Shown piece by piece: positions 22,700-35,329 of a stretch of DNA of 64,000 nucleotides (the stretch's first letter is position 1; every line of letters begins with the position of its first letter). The notes beneath the pieces are model-generated. The model did no database searches. It saw nothing but the letters and a program-made list of their open reading frames with translations, and was not told where the DNA came from. Where the stretch lies: assembly GCA_964016885.1 (NCBI GenBank), contig OZ024750.1, forward strand, positions 52,328,001-52,392,000, written 5' to 3'. A program made the position numbers and the translations under genes. The stretch comes from Eledone cirrhosa (lineage: Eukaryota).

Positions 22700-25462
22700 C
22701 CTTTCGAGTTTTCTACGGCTGGATGCCCTTCCTAACACCAACCACGTTTACAGTGTGGACTGGGAGGTTTTTACCGTGTTACCTACACGGCCACATTACA
22801 GCGTGGACTGTGTTTTTTTTTTTGTCAACACCTACACGACCTCATTTATTTAGGACTGGAAGTTGTGGTACCAACATAACTTCACATTTAAGGGGATGCT
22901 GTGGATGGAGTTGGGGTAGTGGGACGGAGGTGTATTTTGTTAGAGGTGCCTACTGACTGTAGGTTTCGCTTTGTTCTTAGGCAAGGCGGGTCTTCTGTAT
23001 GACTGTAGCGCCAAAGATCTCGGTCCAGTGACATTGTCTTGGAGAGGTGTAAGTGTGTGAGGTCGGAATTTATCAAGTCGTCCCAGGTTTTTCTGGGTCT
23101 GCCTACTCCGTATCGCCCTGCACTTTTTTATACAGCTGCCGTCTTTCATGCGCATCACGTGACCGTACCAACGTAATCTTCTCTCGAGTAAACAACATCT
23201 GATCCCTCTTATTCCTAATTTCTCCCTTAGTTCGTTTATGCTTTGCCGTTCACGTATATTACTATTACACATCCAGCGGAGCATGCAAGCTTCGTTCCTC
23301 TCCAGTCTGCGTATATAAAATCTATGTTCTTAGTTAGCTTACCTGTGATCCCACTACATCTTTTATGCGCCCATACTTTGCATTTGGGACATAAAATGGA
23401 GTTTCTGCCTACTCCTTTCCTACACACTGAGCATGGCCATTTCCCAGATGGGACAGGTGCCCTATTTTCCTTCCTACAAACTAGAACTTTAGTCTTAGAC
23501 AAGTTAACTTTAAGGCCTTTTGATTCTAGGCCATGCTTCCATGTTTGGAATTTCTTCACTAGTTCAGCCATTGATTCAGCTATGAGCGTTAGATCATCTG
23601 CATATAGGAGTTCCCATGGGAAGCCGGTCTTGAACTCCTCTGTTATAGCCTGAAGGGCAATAATAAATAGTAGGGGGCTAAGAACGGAGCCCTGATGAAC
23701 ACCAACTTTTACGCTAAACTCTTCACTATATTCGTTGTTAATTCTAACCTTGCTGACTGTTTCTTTATACATGGCTTGTATAGCTCTCACAAGCCATTCA
23801 TCAACACCTAGTTTTCTAAGTGCCCACCAGATAATGGAGCGGGGGACTCTGTCAAAGGCTTTCTCCAAGTCAACAAAAGCTAAGTATAGGGGTTTACTTT
23901 TAGCTAGGTACTTCTCCTGTAGTTGTCGTACAATGAAAAGAGCGTCTGTGGTACTTTTACCTGACACAAACCCGAACTGCATTTCATCTAGATCAATTTG
24001 TTCGCTGATTAGTTGCGCTATTACCTTTTCTGTGACCTTCATGACCTGGTCGATTAATTTAATGCCTCTATAGTTACCTCTATCAAGAGCATCTCCTTTA
24101 CCCTTGTAGCAGTTAATGATGATGCTGCTACGCCAGTCCTTCGGAACGGCCCCATTCTGTATGACTTGGTTTACTATCCGGGTGACCATAGTGTGTCCCA
24201 CCGTTCCAGATGCTTTCAGCATTTCAGCAACTATTTCCGCAGGCCCAGCCGCCTTACCCGTCTTCATATCTTTGATTGCCTTACTTATTATACTACCTTC
24301 GACAAACACTGCTGGTCCCTCTATTGGATCGATGTGGGGGAGACGGTCTTTCTCCTATTTATTCTCCTCATTTAGTAGCCTTTCGTAGTGACACTTCCAA
24401 GCTACCTTCTTATCAGCGTCAGTGATGGCAAGTACACCATCATCATTAAGGACACACTTCTCCCCGACAATATCACGGTTTTCCTTGACACATTGCCTAG
24501 CAATCCTGAACACCTCACGTTTTTGGTCCTCGCGTTGTAGAACATGCTTGAACTTTCTTTCCTCTCCTTCCCTTCTTGCGAAGTACACTTGTCTCCGAGC
24601 TTCCCTCCTGGCCACTTGATAGTCTTCTCTACTTCCCCGATGCCACCATACTTTCCAAGCCTGCTTTTTGGCCTTAATTCACTCCTCCACCTTACTGTTC
24701 CACCACGACGTTACTCTCCTCCTGCCTATAGGCCTGCTCCAGCCACAGACTTCATCTGCCGCTTTCAGCAGGTTAGTTTTCAGGAATTCCCACTGTTCCT
24801 CTATATTGTACGACTCTAATTGCTCTTCCTTACTGTCGAAAGCATCATTAAATTTATTACTGGCTGTGGGGTCCTTTAGCTTCCATATTTTTCTCCTGAG
24901 GATAGTCCTCCTCTGTTGTCGAGTACGTCTTGTCCTGACTATGAGGTCGCTGACTATGAGTCTATGTTGGGAGGTGCATGGGGGAGGGATTTAGTGTTTA
25001 ACAGACACTCTATCATGTCTTCTGGTAAGGATATAATCTACCTGACTGGCGTGTTCCCCGGATCTATAGGTGATCAGGTGATTGTCACGTTTTTTGAAGT
25101 TAGTGTTACAGATAGTTAGGTTATTTGCGTCACAGAATTCCAGGATCCTGGAGCCTTCCTCATTTCTAGTACCAAACCCGTAGCCTCCATGGATTCTGCC
25201 ATAGCCGTCACAATGTTGTCCAACGTGACCATTTAGGTTGCCAGCAATAATTATATAGTCACTGTCGGTTATTTGGGAGGTAGTGAGCATCAGTGTCTCA
25301 TAGAATCTGTCTTTTATAGCGCCAGGCAGTCCGGATTGGGGTGCGTACGCAGATATTACTGTCACAGTAGTTCTATTTAGGACAAATCTTATTTTAATTA
25401 TTCTGTCATTCACTCTATTTACGTCTATTATCTTATCTACCCATTTTTCTGCTTCCAAAAAT
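22700..25462 (-). mobile_element. Near full-length RTE LINE (APE endonuclease plus RT), frameshifted, with an internal deletion
   Basis: EN motifs ISAYAPQ, IAGNLNGHVG and SQVDYILTR. RT motifs NYRGIKL, QFGF, AFVDLEKAFD, QGSVLSPLLF and LLYADDL. The 3' UTR is homologous to 1420-1700. Confidence 0.93.
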
Positions 25463-25518
25463 AATGGTTGCATTTAATAGGGTACGTCAAAATTATTTAT
25501 AAAACTGTTTATATATTG

Positions 25519-25583
25519 TATTTTGTCTGATGAAGGCACACCATATTTTAATTTGGTATCCCTGAAATATGTATAATGAAATA
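25519..25583 (+). ncRNA. Type I hammerhead ribozyme-like motif (HHR1)
   Basis: TATTTTGT-CTGATGA-AGGCACACCA..TGGTATCCCT-GAAA-TATGTA-TA-ATGAAATA gives stem I, core, stem II, GAAA, a minimal near-palindromic stem III, UH and stem I'. Confidence 0.72.
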
Positions 25584-26171
25584 AATTATGGTTTTACAAA
25601 TATAGTTTCCATTTATTAATATCGTATATCTACTCCAAAAACTTGTCGAGTGCTTTATATCAGTTATAAAATATTTACTCCCAACAATTTTAAATAGAAC
25701 TTTTGCATATATATATATATTTAAAAGAATAGAGGTGTAACACACGAGTTGTGATATATTGGTGAAAGGAAAAGAAAATGCTGACAAATTGTTCCCAGTG
25801 AAAAATAGTTTAATTAGAAATAAGTAAAAATTAGTAATAGTATTGGTTAGTATTCAGTTTTAGTTTTAAGTTTTTACGTGTTGCACGTTTCTAATGCTTT
25901 TCAAACATAATTTTGAGATAGAGCGCCCGTGATGTTTGCTCTAATCTGATTAGTTTTGGAAATTCTACCTGTTTTATGTGAAAAAAGTGGCTCCAGAGGT
26001 ATTAAAATAAGTTTCGCGCCAATTCGTGTTGCAAAAATTCTTGTGGTCAAAACAATTTTGATTGGTCGGTAGAGATCACGTGAATGTTAAAAATTGATTT
26101 TGCGCCAAATGTAGGTTTTTCGAAGAGTGTCCTTTTTCGCCTGATTGAGAAGTCACTGAAAAATAAGTCTT

Positions 26172-26196
26172 TTAAGACAAATATGTGTGTGTGTAT

Positions 26197-26260
<64 letters not shown>

Positions 26261-29200
26261 CAGAGTAATTCGTGGTAGAGGGATCGGTCAGTAGGAATGT
26301 GTGTGTACGTGTGTGGGGGATATTTTAACATGTTGAAAGATATATTTCAGCTCTTGTCTTATACGGAGAAGTGTGTGTATATGTCTCTTTGTATGTTAGT
26401 GTACGCGTGTGTATATGTGTGTGGGTGGACCAGTATTTTTGTGATACTGGTAAAAATGGTGTACATTATTCGATATTTTCAGCAAAAACGATTCTCTCAA
26501 AAGAAGATCAAAAACATTAATAATAAAAGGGGTGAAATGATGTATAGTATTGTCATAACACCAAGGTGTGTGTGAGTGTCAAGATTGTACGTACTGCAAG
26601 AGGAATCTATTAGGCCCTGCCGTATGGGATACTTGTGTACAAATATGTATGTGCCCATCAGTGTGCAATGCATGTGTGCGTATATGTATGTGTGTGTGTC
26701 GGCACATTTATATCTATAGACATCAAAAGGTTTGCAAATTTGTGTATATTTGTGTTGCACCATAGAACATGTGTGTTTACGTATGTCATTGTGTTTATAT
26801 GTGGATAGAGATGTATGTAGGATGTATGCTGATGTAGGTATGTATGTTGACGTGTGTATGCTGTGGGTTCGTCTTAGGGAGAAGTGTTTAGACGGGGTCC
26901 GTATTTGTTAATAAAGTGAGATTCCTTGCTGATGCGCTGGGTGTGGGTGGCATTATCTTTAAATTTGTAGAGGGGAAAGATTCTAAAGTTGGGATGATTT
27001 TGGGCGGCACAGGTATCAATGTGTTCACTCAGTGGTATTTTTCTGTATTCCCGTATTTTAATTTGGGATCTATGGACAGTCATGCGTTGGCGGAGGCTGT
27101 TTTTGGTCTGGCCTATGTATTGTTCTCGACAACCTGAGCAAGTTAATACATATATTAGATTTTCTGATGCGCATGTGAAATTGTGTTTTACTATAAAACG
27201 TTGTCCTTCTTTGAAATAGAATTCCGAACCCTCTATTAGGTTGATGCATATGCCACAGTTGGGTCTATCGCATTTTTTTTACTGTGAGTTTCGTTGTTGT
27301 GGTTGGCAGTACTTTGGCATGTGTTAGGATGTTTTTCCTTGACTTAGATTGTCTTTTGCTCTTTATGATATCGTGTGTTCGAAGGATTTGGTTCATTCTA
27401 TGGTCCTTTTTTAACTACAGGGACGTTCTGGAGAATGGTGTCAAAGGCCTCATTGTTGAGGGGGTTGTGTGTGGAGATCTATGGAAGAGCTTTTAGTTTC
27501 GGTTGATTTACTTTAGGGTGTCTAAGATCCTGGGTACTGAGTTTTAGGGCACGTTGGATTCCATTGTCAATTAGTGATGCACGGTAGTCCCTGCCTATGA
27601 GTGTGTCCTTTAGTTCTTGTAGCCGTAAGTAACAGGTGTTTTTATTGGAGACTATAGTACAGATTCTCTTGCCTAAGTTGTAGGGAATATTAATTTTAAC
27701 GTGTCTAGGGTGGCAAGAGTTGAAAGGAAGATATTGCTTGGAGTCCGTGGGCTGGTAGTATATGTCTGTTTCTATTTTTTTGTTATGAATCTTAATGAGA
27801 ATGTCGAGGAAGGGGAGTTGTTGATGGCTGTATTCCATCGTAAAGTTAATATTCGTGTTGAGCCCATTTATAAGGGTCTGAAATTCTTTAAGTTTCTCGA
27901 TGTTTTCGTGCTAAAGGATGAAGCAGTCATCTAGATATCGCTTCCAGTTCTTTTCTATGTGTAAGTGGAGAGCGTTTCCAAATTTGTTTAGTACTTTAGT
28001 GTAGAGGGTGATTTCCAGGTATCCCATGACTAGGTTGGCATAAGTGGGGGCTGTTTTCGTTCCCATAGCGGTCCCAGATTTCTGCCTGTAGGGTTTGTTA
28101 TTGAAAACGAAGTAATTGTTCTCCAAGATAAATTTGAGTACCTCTATCACGAATTCTTTTTTGATGCGTTGTGGGAGTTCATTGTGGTAATTATCCAGCC
28201 AGAATTGGATAGCTTCTATTCCTAGGTTGTGGGGGATGTTGGAGTATAGGTTGACTACATCGAACGTCACTAGTAGGGTTTGTTCAGAAAGGGGCATATT
28301 AGGGAGGTGATTGAGCATATCTAGGTCGTCCCTTATATAGCTTTTGATGTGTTTGAGAAAAGGCTTGAGAAGGGTATCAATGAAGTTGCTAAGGCGATGG
28401 GTTTCGCAAGCGGGGCCTGCTATTATAGGTCTTAATTTGAGATCATTGGGTGAGGGGACATTGATGACTATGTCTGTGGCTTCCTTGCATGTCTTACTTA
28501 TGAATTCGCTTTTATGTACTTTAAGGATACCGTAGAAAAGGCTGGATTTATTTGTGAAGTCTGTGATGAAGCTGAATTCCTTGTTAGTGAGTCCTTCTTT
28601 GTATTGGTTGATTAGAGTTTTTAGGTTTCTCATAATTTTCTGTTGATTGTAGTGTTCAGCCTTTTCGTAGTATGTTTCGTTTTCCAAAGTGGAGAGCGCT
28701 AAGTTGATATAAAATTCTGTCTCCATTAGGACTACTGTACTCCCTTTATCAGCCTCTTTAATTGTAATGGTTCTGTCGGTTTTTAATCTTCCCATTCTTG
28801 CTTGTTGAGGTTTAGCTTGTGTTTTTGTCTGTGCAAGTGTTGGTAAGGGAAGTTTGTGATGTGTTCACAGAATTCGTCCAGGATTTTATTTCTACCTTTT
28901 GATGGGGTGTAGTTGCTTCTATTTCTGGCTAATGATTCATCCTCATTGTACTGGTCGAATAGATAGACCCAAATGTGGCATATGCATCAACCTAATAGAG
29001 GGTTCGGAATTCTATTTCAAAGAAGGACAACGTTTTATAGTAAAACACAATTTCACATGCGCATCAGAAAATCTAATATATGTATTAACTTGCTCAGGTT
29101 GTCGAGAACAATACATAGGCCAGACCAAAAACAGCCTCCGCCAACGCATGACTGTCCATAGATCCCAAATTAAAATACGGGAATACAGAAAAATACCACT

Positions 29201-29970
29201 GAGTGAACACATTGATACCTGTGCCGCCCAAAATCATCCCAACTTTAGAATCTTTCCCCTCTACAAATTTAAAGATAATGCCACCCACACCCAGCGCATC
29301 AGCAAGGAATCTCACTTTATTAACAAATACGGACCCCGTCTAAACACTTCTCCCTAAGACGAACCCAAAACATACACACGTCAACATACATACCTACATC
29401 AGCATACATCCTACATACATTTCTATCCACATATAAACACAATGACATACGTAAACACACATGTTCTATGGTGCAACACAAATATACACAAATTTGCAAA
29501 CCTTTTGATGTCTATAGATATAAACGTGCCGACACACAAACATAGATATACGCACACATGCATTGCACACTGATGGGCACATACATATTTGTACACAAGT
29601 ATCCCATACGGCAGGGCCTAATAGATTCCCCTTGCAGTACGTACAATTTGGACACTCACACACACCTTGGTGTTATGACAATACTATACATCATTTCACC
29701 CCTTTTATTATTAATGTTTTTGATCTTCTTTTGAGAGAATCGTTTTTGCTGAAAATATCGAATAATGTACACCATTTTTACCAGTATCACAAAAATACTG
29801 GTCCACCCACACACATATACACACGCGTACACTAACATACAAAGAGACATATACACACACTTCTCCGTATAAGACAAGAGCTGAAATATATCTTTCAACA
29901 TGTTAAAATATCCCCCACACACGTACACACACATTTCTACTGACCGATCCCTCTACCACGAATTACTCTG

Positions 29971-30036
<66 letters not shown>

Positions 30037-30047
30037 ATTTGTCTTAA
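26172..30047 (-). mobile_element. Penelope-like retroelement (RT plus GIY-YIG) with an approximately 1.1-kb inverted duplicate of its 3' part
   Basis: Minus ORFs: IKEADKG, LRPII, FDVVNLYSNIP, QKSGTAMG, RYLDDCF, LPFLDI, YLPFNSCHP, then GIY-YIG LIYVLTCSGCREQYIGQT..RQRMTVH. Segment about 26172-27269 is the reverse complement of about 28960-30047. Confidence 0.92.
28960..29357 (+). pseudogene. GIY-YIG endonuclease domain in the inverted arm of the Penelope-like element
   Basis: CGICINL, FTCASENLIYVLTCSGCREQYIGQT and E..FI..Y.P.LN motifs. It is a near-identical inverted copy of 26874-27270. Confidence 0.85.
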
Positions 30048-30134
30048 TAGACACCTGAACTGTTGACCTTTCAACATGACTGCAATTCACACACACATCC
30101 CTACTGACCATTATCACAACAATGAACCTCTTTA

Positions 30135-30233
<99 letters not shown>

Positions 30234-30359
30234 TACACACACAGACATATATATATATATATACACACACACACATAAATACACAAACACATATATACAT
30301 ATATATATATATGTATATACGATATTAATAAATGGAAACTATATTTATAAAACCATATT

Positions 30360-30424
30360 TATTTCATTATACATATTTCAGGGATACCACATTAAATTAT
30401 GGTATGCCTTCATCAGACAAAATA
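30360..30424 (-). ncRNA. Hammerhead ribozyme-like motif (HHR2)
   Basis: Reverse complement of HHR3 with intact CTGATGA/GAAA/TA core. Confidence 0.72.
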
Positions 30425-30467
30425 CAATATATAACTGTTATATACAATATATAACTGTTATATATTG

Positions 30468-30532
30468 TATTTTGTCTGATGAAGGCATACCATAATTTAA
30501 TGTGGTATCCCTGAAATATGTATAATGAAATA
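30468..30532 (+). ncRNA. Hammerhead ribozyme-like motif (HHR3)
   Basis: TATTTTGT-CTGATGA-AGGCATACCATA..TGTGGTATCCCT-GAAA-TATGTA-TA-ATGAAATA. Confidence 0.75.
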
Positions 30533-31023
30533 AATATAGTTTCCATTTATTAATATCGTATATCTACTCCAAAAATTTGTCGAGTGCTTTATATCAGTTA
30601 TAAAAATATTTAGTAGTTGTATCCCAACAATTTTAAATAGAACTTTTGCATATATATGTATATATATATACACACACATACACATATATATACACACATA
30701 CATACACACATATATGCACGCATACATACGCACACATACGCACACGCATATATAGATATATATACACACACCTACATACGCACACACAATTAATTATAAG
30801 AAAAAATAAAATAAAAAACAATGAACAAACATATAATGCAATAGGCCATCACATAAAAATAAAAAATATACGACTTAAGAAAATAAAAATTATTATAAAG
30901 TTGACAACGATACAGGAAAGGACACAAATAAATAAACAAACACACGTGGTAAGCAATACACACATCTACACATACACATACATACATATAAATATATACA
31001 TACACACAAACATATACATATAC

Positions 31024-31089
<66 letters not shown>

Positions 31090-31224
31090 GTTAAACAAGG
31101 TTCAATGAATAAATCAAAGAATGAGTTTTACAATAGATTGGAAGCACTCAACAGTTTTTTTTTTCATGACTACCATGACTGAATCTTAACCATCTACTAT
31201 GTCAGAGTATGTCATGCATCATCT

Positions 31225-31291
31225 TATTTTATCTTATGAGGACGTACTGTTGAAGTTAACTCAGTACCTCTGAAATATGTATAATAAAATA
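31225..31291 (+). ncRNA. Hammerhead-like motif with mutated core (HHR4)
   Basis: TATTTTAT-CTTATGA-GGACGTACTG..CAGTACCTCT-GAAA-TATGTA-TA-ATAAAATA. The CUGA>CUUA change is likely inactivating. Confidence 0.6.
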
Positions 31292-31395
31292 TACTTGATC
31301 ACAAGAATATCTATTTTGTTAATATTTTGAATTAATATATATATGTATATACACAATATATTAATAAATGGAAACTATATTTATAAAACCATATT

Positions 31396-31461
31396 TATTT
31401 TATTATACATATTTCAAGGGCAACCAAGGCAAATTATGGTGCGCTTTCATCAGATAAAATA
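31396..31461 (-). ncRNA. Hammerhead ribozyme-like motif (HHR5)
   Basis: The minus strand reads TATTTTAT-CTGATGA-AAGCGCACCA..TGGTTGCCCTT-GAAA-TATGTA-TA-ATAAAATA. Confidence 0.72.
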
Positions 31462-32819
31462 CAGATTTGTTTTATAAATAAATATTGACATACCCGGAAA
31501 AAAGACAACCTTAACGGTTGGGGCTTCCTGGATAGTGGAGATATTACATTTATTGAGGGTAATACAAAATTATGAGTGAGTATGCAAATGAGTGTCCGAA
31601 AAGTTGAAAAGATAACGGTTTATTTAAATTAAACTATTGGAAGAAGGTGATATGTAAGGGAGAGAGAAAAAAAAAAAAAAGAAAAAAAAAAAGAAAGGAG
31701 AAAGATAGAAGAGGAAAGAAATAACGATTATATATATTGATAGTGAAAATAGAGTGCATGAAGAGATGAATTTCAAAGGATAAATATACACAGCGTAAGT
31801 ATATCTAAGTGAGAGAATAAATGAGAATAACGTGGAAGAATAATATTTATAATGCAGGATTCATTACGTTTTGATTATATTTATAATGATAGGTTGAAAA
31901 ATTAGATTAAAATTAAATTAAAATTAAAAAAATTAGAAATCAAAATTAAAGATTAAAATTTACCTTAATATTAAAGATTTAATTTAATAATTTAATATTA
32001 ATAATTAGTTTAAATGTGTATGTTAAGGATTATAAATTATTTAAATAAATATATAGTACTTTACATTAGAGCAAATCTAGTATAGTTTATTTTATTAAAA
32101 GTTGTAAGTAAAAAATTTAAACATCCAAATAATTCTAAATTTATGAAAAATTTTCGAGAGTTTACAAAGGAATAACCACTTAATTATGTTATAAAAACAG
32201 TAAGGAAGTGTAAAGGAAGTTAGAAATGATTTTTTAAGAACTCAGATGACACTAAGGATTAAATGTTATAAAGTTAAAAAGTAAAAAAAATGTTTATCTT
32301 AAGAATATAATTAAAACATGAACCATATGTTATTTTATACGAAGTCATAAATTTACTTGCTATAAAGTTAAACAATTTATCTTAAGAATATATTTAAAGC
32401 ATAAACCATAGGTTATTCCACATATATATAAAAAACCTATATATAAAAATCATATGTTTTTCCACATATATATAAACATTTGGATATATATATTAAAAAC
32501 GTTTGGAGATATAAAAATATAAAATTATAACAATATAAAAGTATTGGAAGGTATGAAAATAATGTTTTTTCTATATCTTTCAAAGGAATTTTCAAAAGAT
32601 TTTCTTAAAACCTTCCGTAAGTTTTACAAGAAAAAATTTTCCTTAAAGGAGTTTCAAGCAGTCATATAAGGAAATTTTATAATCTTTCGATAGGTGTAAA
32701 GTATATAGTATATATATGTGAAGTAGAGATAATAGAAAGTAAATTAAATATATGAATCATATATAGATATAGAACACATTATGTAAAAGAGATAAATCAT
32801 ATATTACATTTTATATATA

Positions 32820-33255
32820 TACTAGCAGAGGTACCCGGCGTTGCTCGGGTATTAAATAGCAGTTATGTATACCATTTATGTCAATACTTCAGTGCTGCTT
32901 CGAAAACTATACTTTTATAAACTCATCGACTTTTTCCAAAAGGGGGTTCCTGCCCTCAGGGGTCCCCTACTCAATATGTGCCAATTCTGAGAGTTCACAT
33001 TCATCTGTAGAACAAACGTATCCCATGTGTCAAGTTTTGTGAAAATCGGTTGCGAACTCCAGAAGTTATGACGTTTTTTTTGCATTGCACTGCAGTGCTT
33101 CAGTCGACTCCAAGGAAGTTGTTAAAGGGCGTTATCCGCCGGGAGGCCCTATAATCAATATCTGGAAAAATGAAAGTGTCCATGACCATCCGGAGTACAT
33201 GAGTAACCTATGTCTTAAGTTTGGTGAAAATACTGTAGAAATGCATAAGGTTTAC
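32820..33255 (+). mobile_element. Non-autonomous Helitron/Helentron (DINE-1/HINE-like) element
   Basis: Starts TACTAGC followed by the hairpin ACCCGGCGTTGCTCGGGT. It has repeated AAGTTT(T/G)GTGAAAAT cores followed by a microsatellite, the typical DINE-like layout. The 3' end was not resolved. Confidence 0.6.
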
Positions 33256-33892
33256 ACACACGCGCGCGCGCGCGAGCGCGTGTGTGTGTGTGTATGTATT
33301 TGTGTGTGCGTATGTATAAGTATGTGTATGTTCGTCGGTGCATACGTATGTACTGGCCTAAATCTTCACTATTTATTTTTACTATGTTAAGGCAAAGTTA
33401 AAATCCCGTCGAGGTTAACTTTGCCTTTCATCCTTACGGGGTCGATAAAATAAAGTACCAGTAATGTACTGTTTAATTACTGGCCTTGTGCCAAAAGTAG
33501 AAACAACTATTTTAATAACCTGTCATTTTCGTTTACAATTTTATTTACATCATTCTTAAACTCCGGGGCTGGAAATCATTCGGTTATTTTAAATAGAATA
33601 TTAGGCTAACGACTCCATTTACACCATAAACTTGGTCTTCTCTTTGCATGAAATTGTTCTTCTCGGTCCACCGCGTCGTTTATACGTAACATAAATAGAT
33701 AAGCAAATGACGCCATAAAAGGGAAATAATTCGTCTCTCATCTCTATTTATACATTTGAACTGAAAAATCAATACATTACAAATTCGATTTTTACACTTG
33801 GCGTGGGTCGATTTGAAAATTTATTTGACCGATGGTTTCGCTGGACCTTCATCTATAAGTGTAGCAATTTCACCGAAATTTGAACGTACGGT

Positions 33893-35329
33893 TTAAGAGG
33901 AGATGTGTGCCGAAGGTTTTAGTAGACAGACAGACAACCTCAGTTTTATATATATAGATTTAAAAGTTGAGTTTAAACGATGTTTGCAGGAACTGAATAA
34001 ATTATTTCGCAAATTAATAGAGTTCTTACTTTTTAGTATGAAGAATATTTCTTCAGCACAAAGAGAGCAATTTTGGGATAAAGCAGTGTATGAAGGAGCT
34101 TTGTAAATAATTTTCCAAAGTAAAGAATAGTTAATATTCTTGGATTTCAAGTCCCATAATCAGTTAGATAGAGAAGTTGAAGATTTTTTACCAATATTCG
34201 TAAAGGAACATTTATGGTTATTAAAACGAGATTTGAAGTCTGTGGAAGTAGAGCCGACATAGTTAAAGGAGTTTTCATTTGTTTTGACATTACAATTGTA
34301 TACTATATTTTTAACTAAACAATTATTATTTAGAGGACAGTTAGATTTATTTCTACAATTACATTTATCTAAATTTATATTGTTGGGAGCCGTAACATTA
34401 TATTGGATATTGCTAGGGGTATTAATGTTATTCTGGTTAGGTTTTAAGTTTCTATTATTAATTCTATTAATATTCTGCGCTAAATTCATAGTGGTGGAAT
34501 ATGAGAGTTTAATAGTATGTCTATTAAAGATTCAGTAATACCTGTGTGTCCTAGGAAAGCACCTATCTAGAGCTTTAAAGAATAATTTAGCAATAGGAGT
34601 TTCAATAGTTAATGAGAAAGGGGGAGCGAACCATAATATATTTCTAGTTCTATTTTTTCTTTTGGTTTTCGAGTTAGTGTAAGGTTTTCTATAATTATTC
34701 TCTACTTCTACGCTATTAAAAAGTTGTATAATTTCTTTTCTTTTCCTATTTATTTCACAATTATTATTATTTTCAATAAGTAATAGCATATCGTCACGAT
34801 ATAAACCTCCGGTCATCTCCGGTATTTTCCTATGTAAATTATACAACTTTTTAATAGCGTTAATCTTAAAGTAGAAGTAGAGAATAATTATAAAATAGTT
34901 AATTTTTTAGATGTAACTTTAAACCTTAACACAGGTCTTTATTATCCATTTCATAAAATAAACGAGAATTTAAACTATGTTAACTTTAATTCCAATCACC
35001 CGAGATCCGTTAAAAACACTATTGTAAATTCCGTACAGCAACGTATTTCTAGAATTTCAGCGAATAAAGATATATTTGAAGATAAGGCAAAATATTATAA
35101 CGAAGCGTTAGGTAGAGGAAGCTATAGTAATAAAATTAAATACATTGATAATAAGGATGTGCCAATTAACCATAACTATAAATATAATTATAATAGAAAA
35201 CCTTACACTAACTCGAAAACCAAAAGAAAATATAGAACTAGAGATATATTATTTTTGCTCCGCATTTCTCATTAAGTAATAAAACCCTATTGCTAAATTA
35301 TTTTTAAAGCTCTAGATAGGTGCTTTCCT
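33893..35329. mobile_element. Second Penelope-like element (Naiad-like), decayed, in a back-to-back inverted arrangement
   Basis: Minus frame 34846-33893: GLYRDD, ILWFAPPFS, IFNRHTIKLSYS, CNCR..CPL...C, IVY..YVGST..FKSRFNNH, CSLC..E and SCKHR, with two in-frame TGAs. Plus strand about 34840-35329: VNFLDVTLNLNTG, YVNFNSNHP and RISRISAN (RT thumb). Confidence 0.85.

Noticed and set aside
29971-31083. ORFs rich in YI/HT/CV dipeptides
   Set aside because: These are translations of (TA)n and (CA)n microsatellites.
33825-33905. Hammerhead downstream of the Naiad-like ORF (ACCG..CGGT-GAAA on the minus strand)
   Set aside because: No recognisable CUGANGA box, so it is too degenerate to call.
33893-34846. 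Selenocysteine recoding of the two in-frame TGAs (some Naiad PLEs encode selenoproteins)
   Set aside because: The TGAs (34532-34534, 34160-34162) fall at positions that do not look like conserved Cys, the Cys motifs are intact, no SECIS was recognised, and the copy is otherwise decayed.
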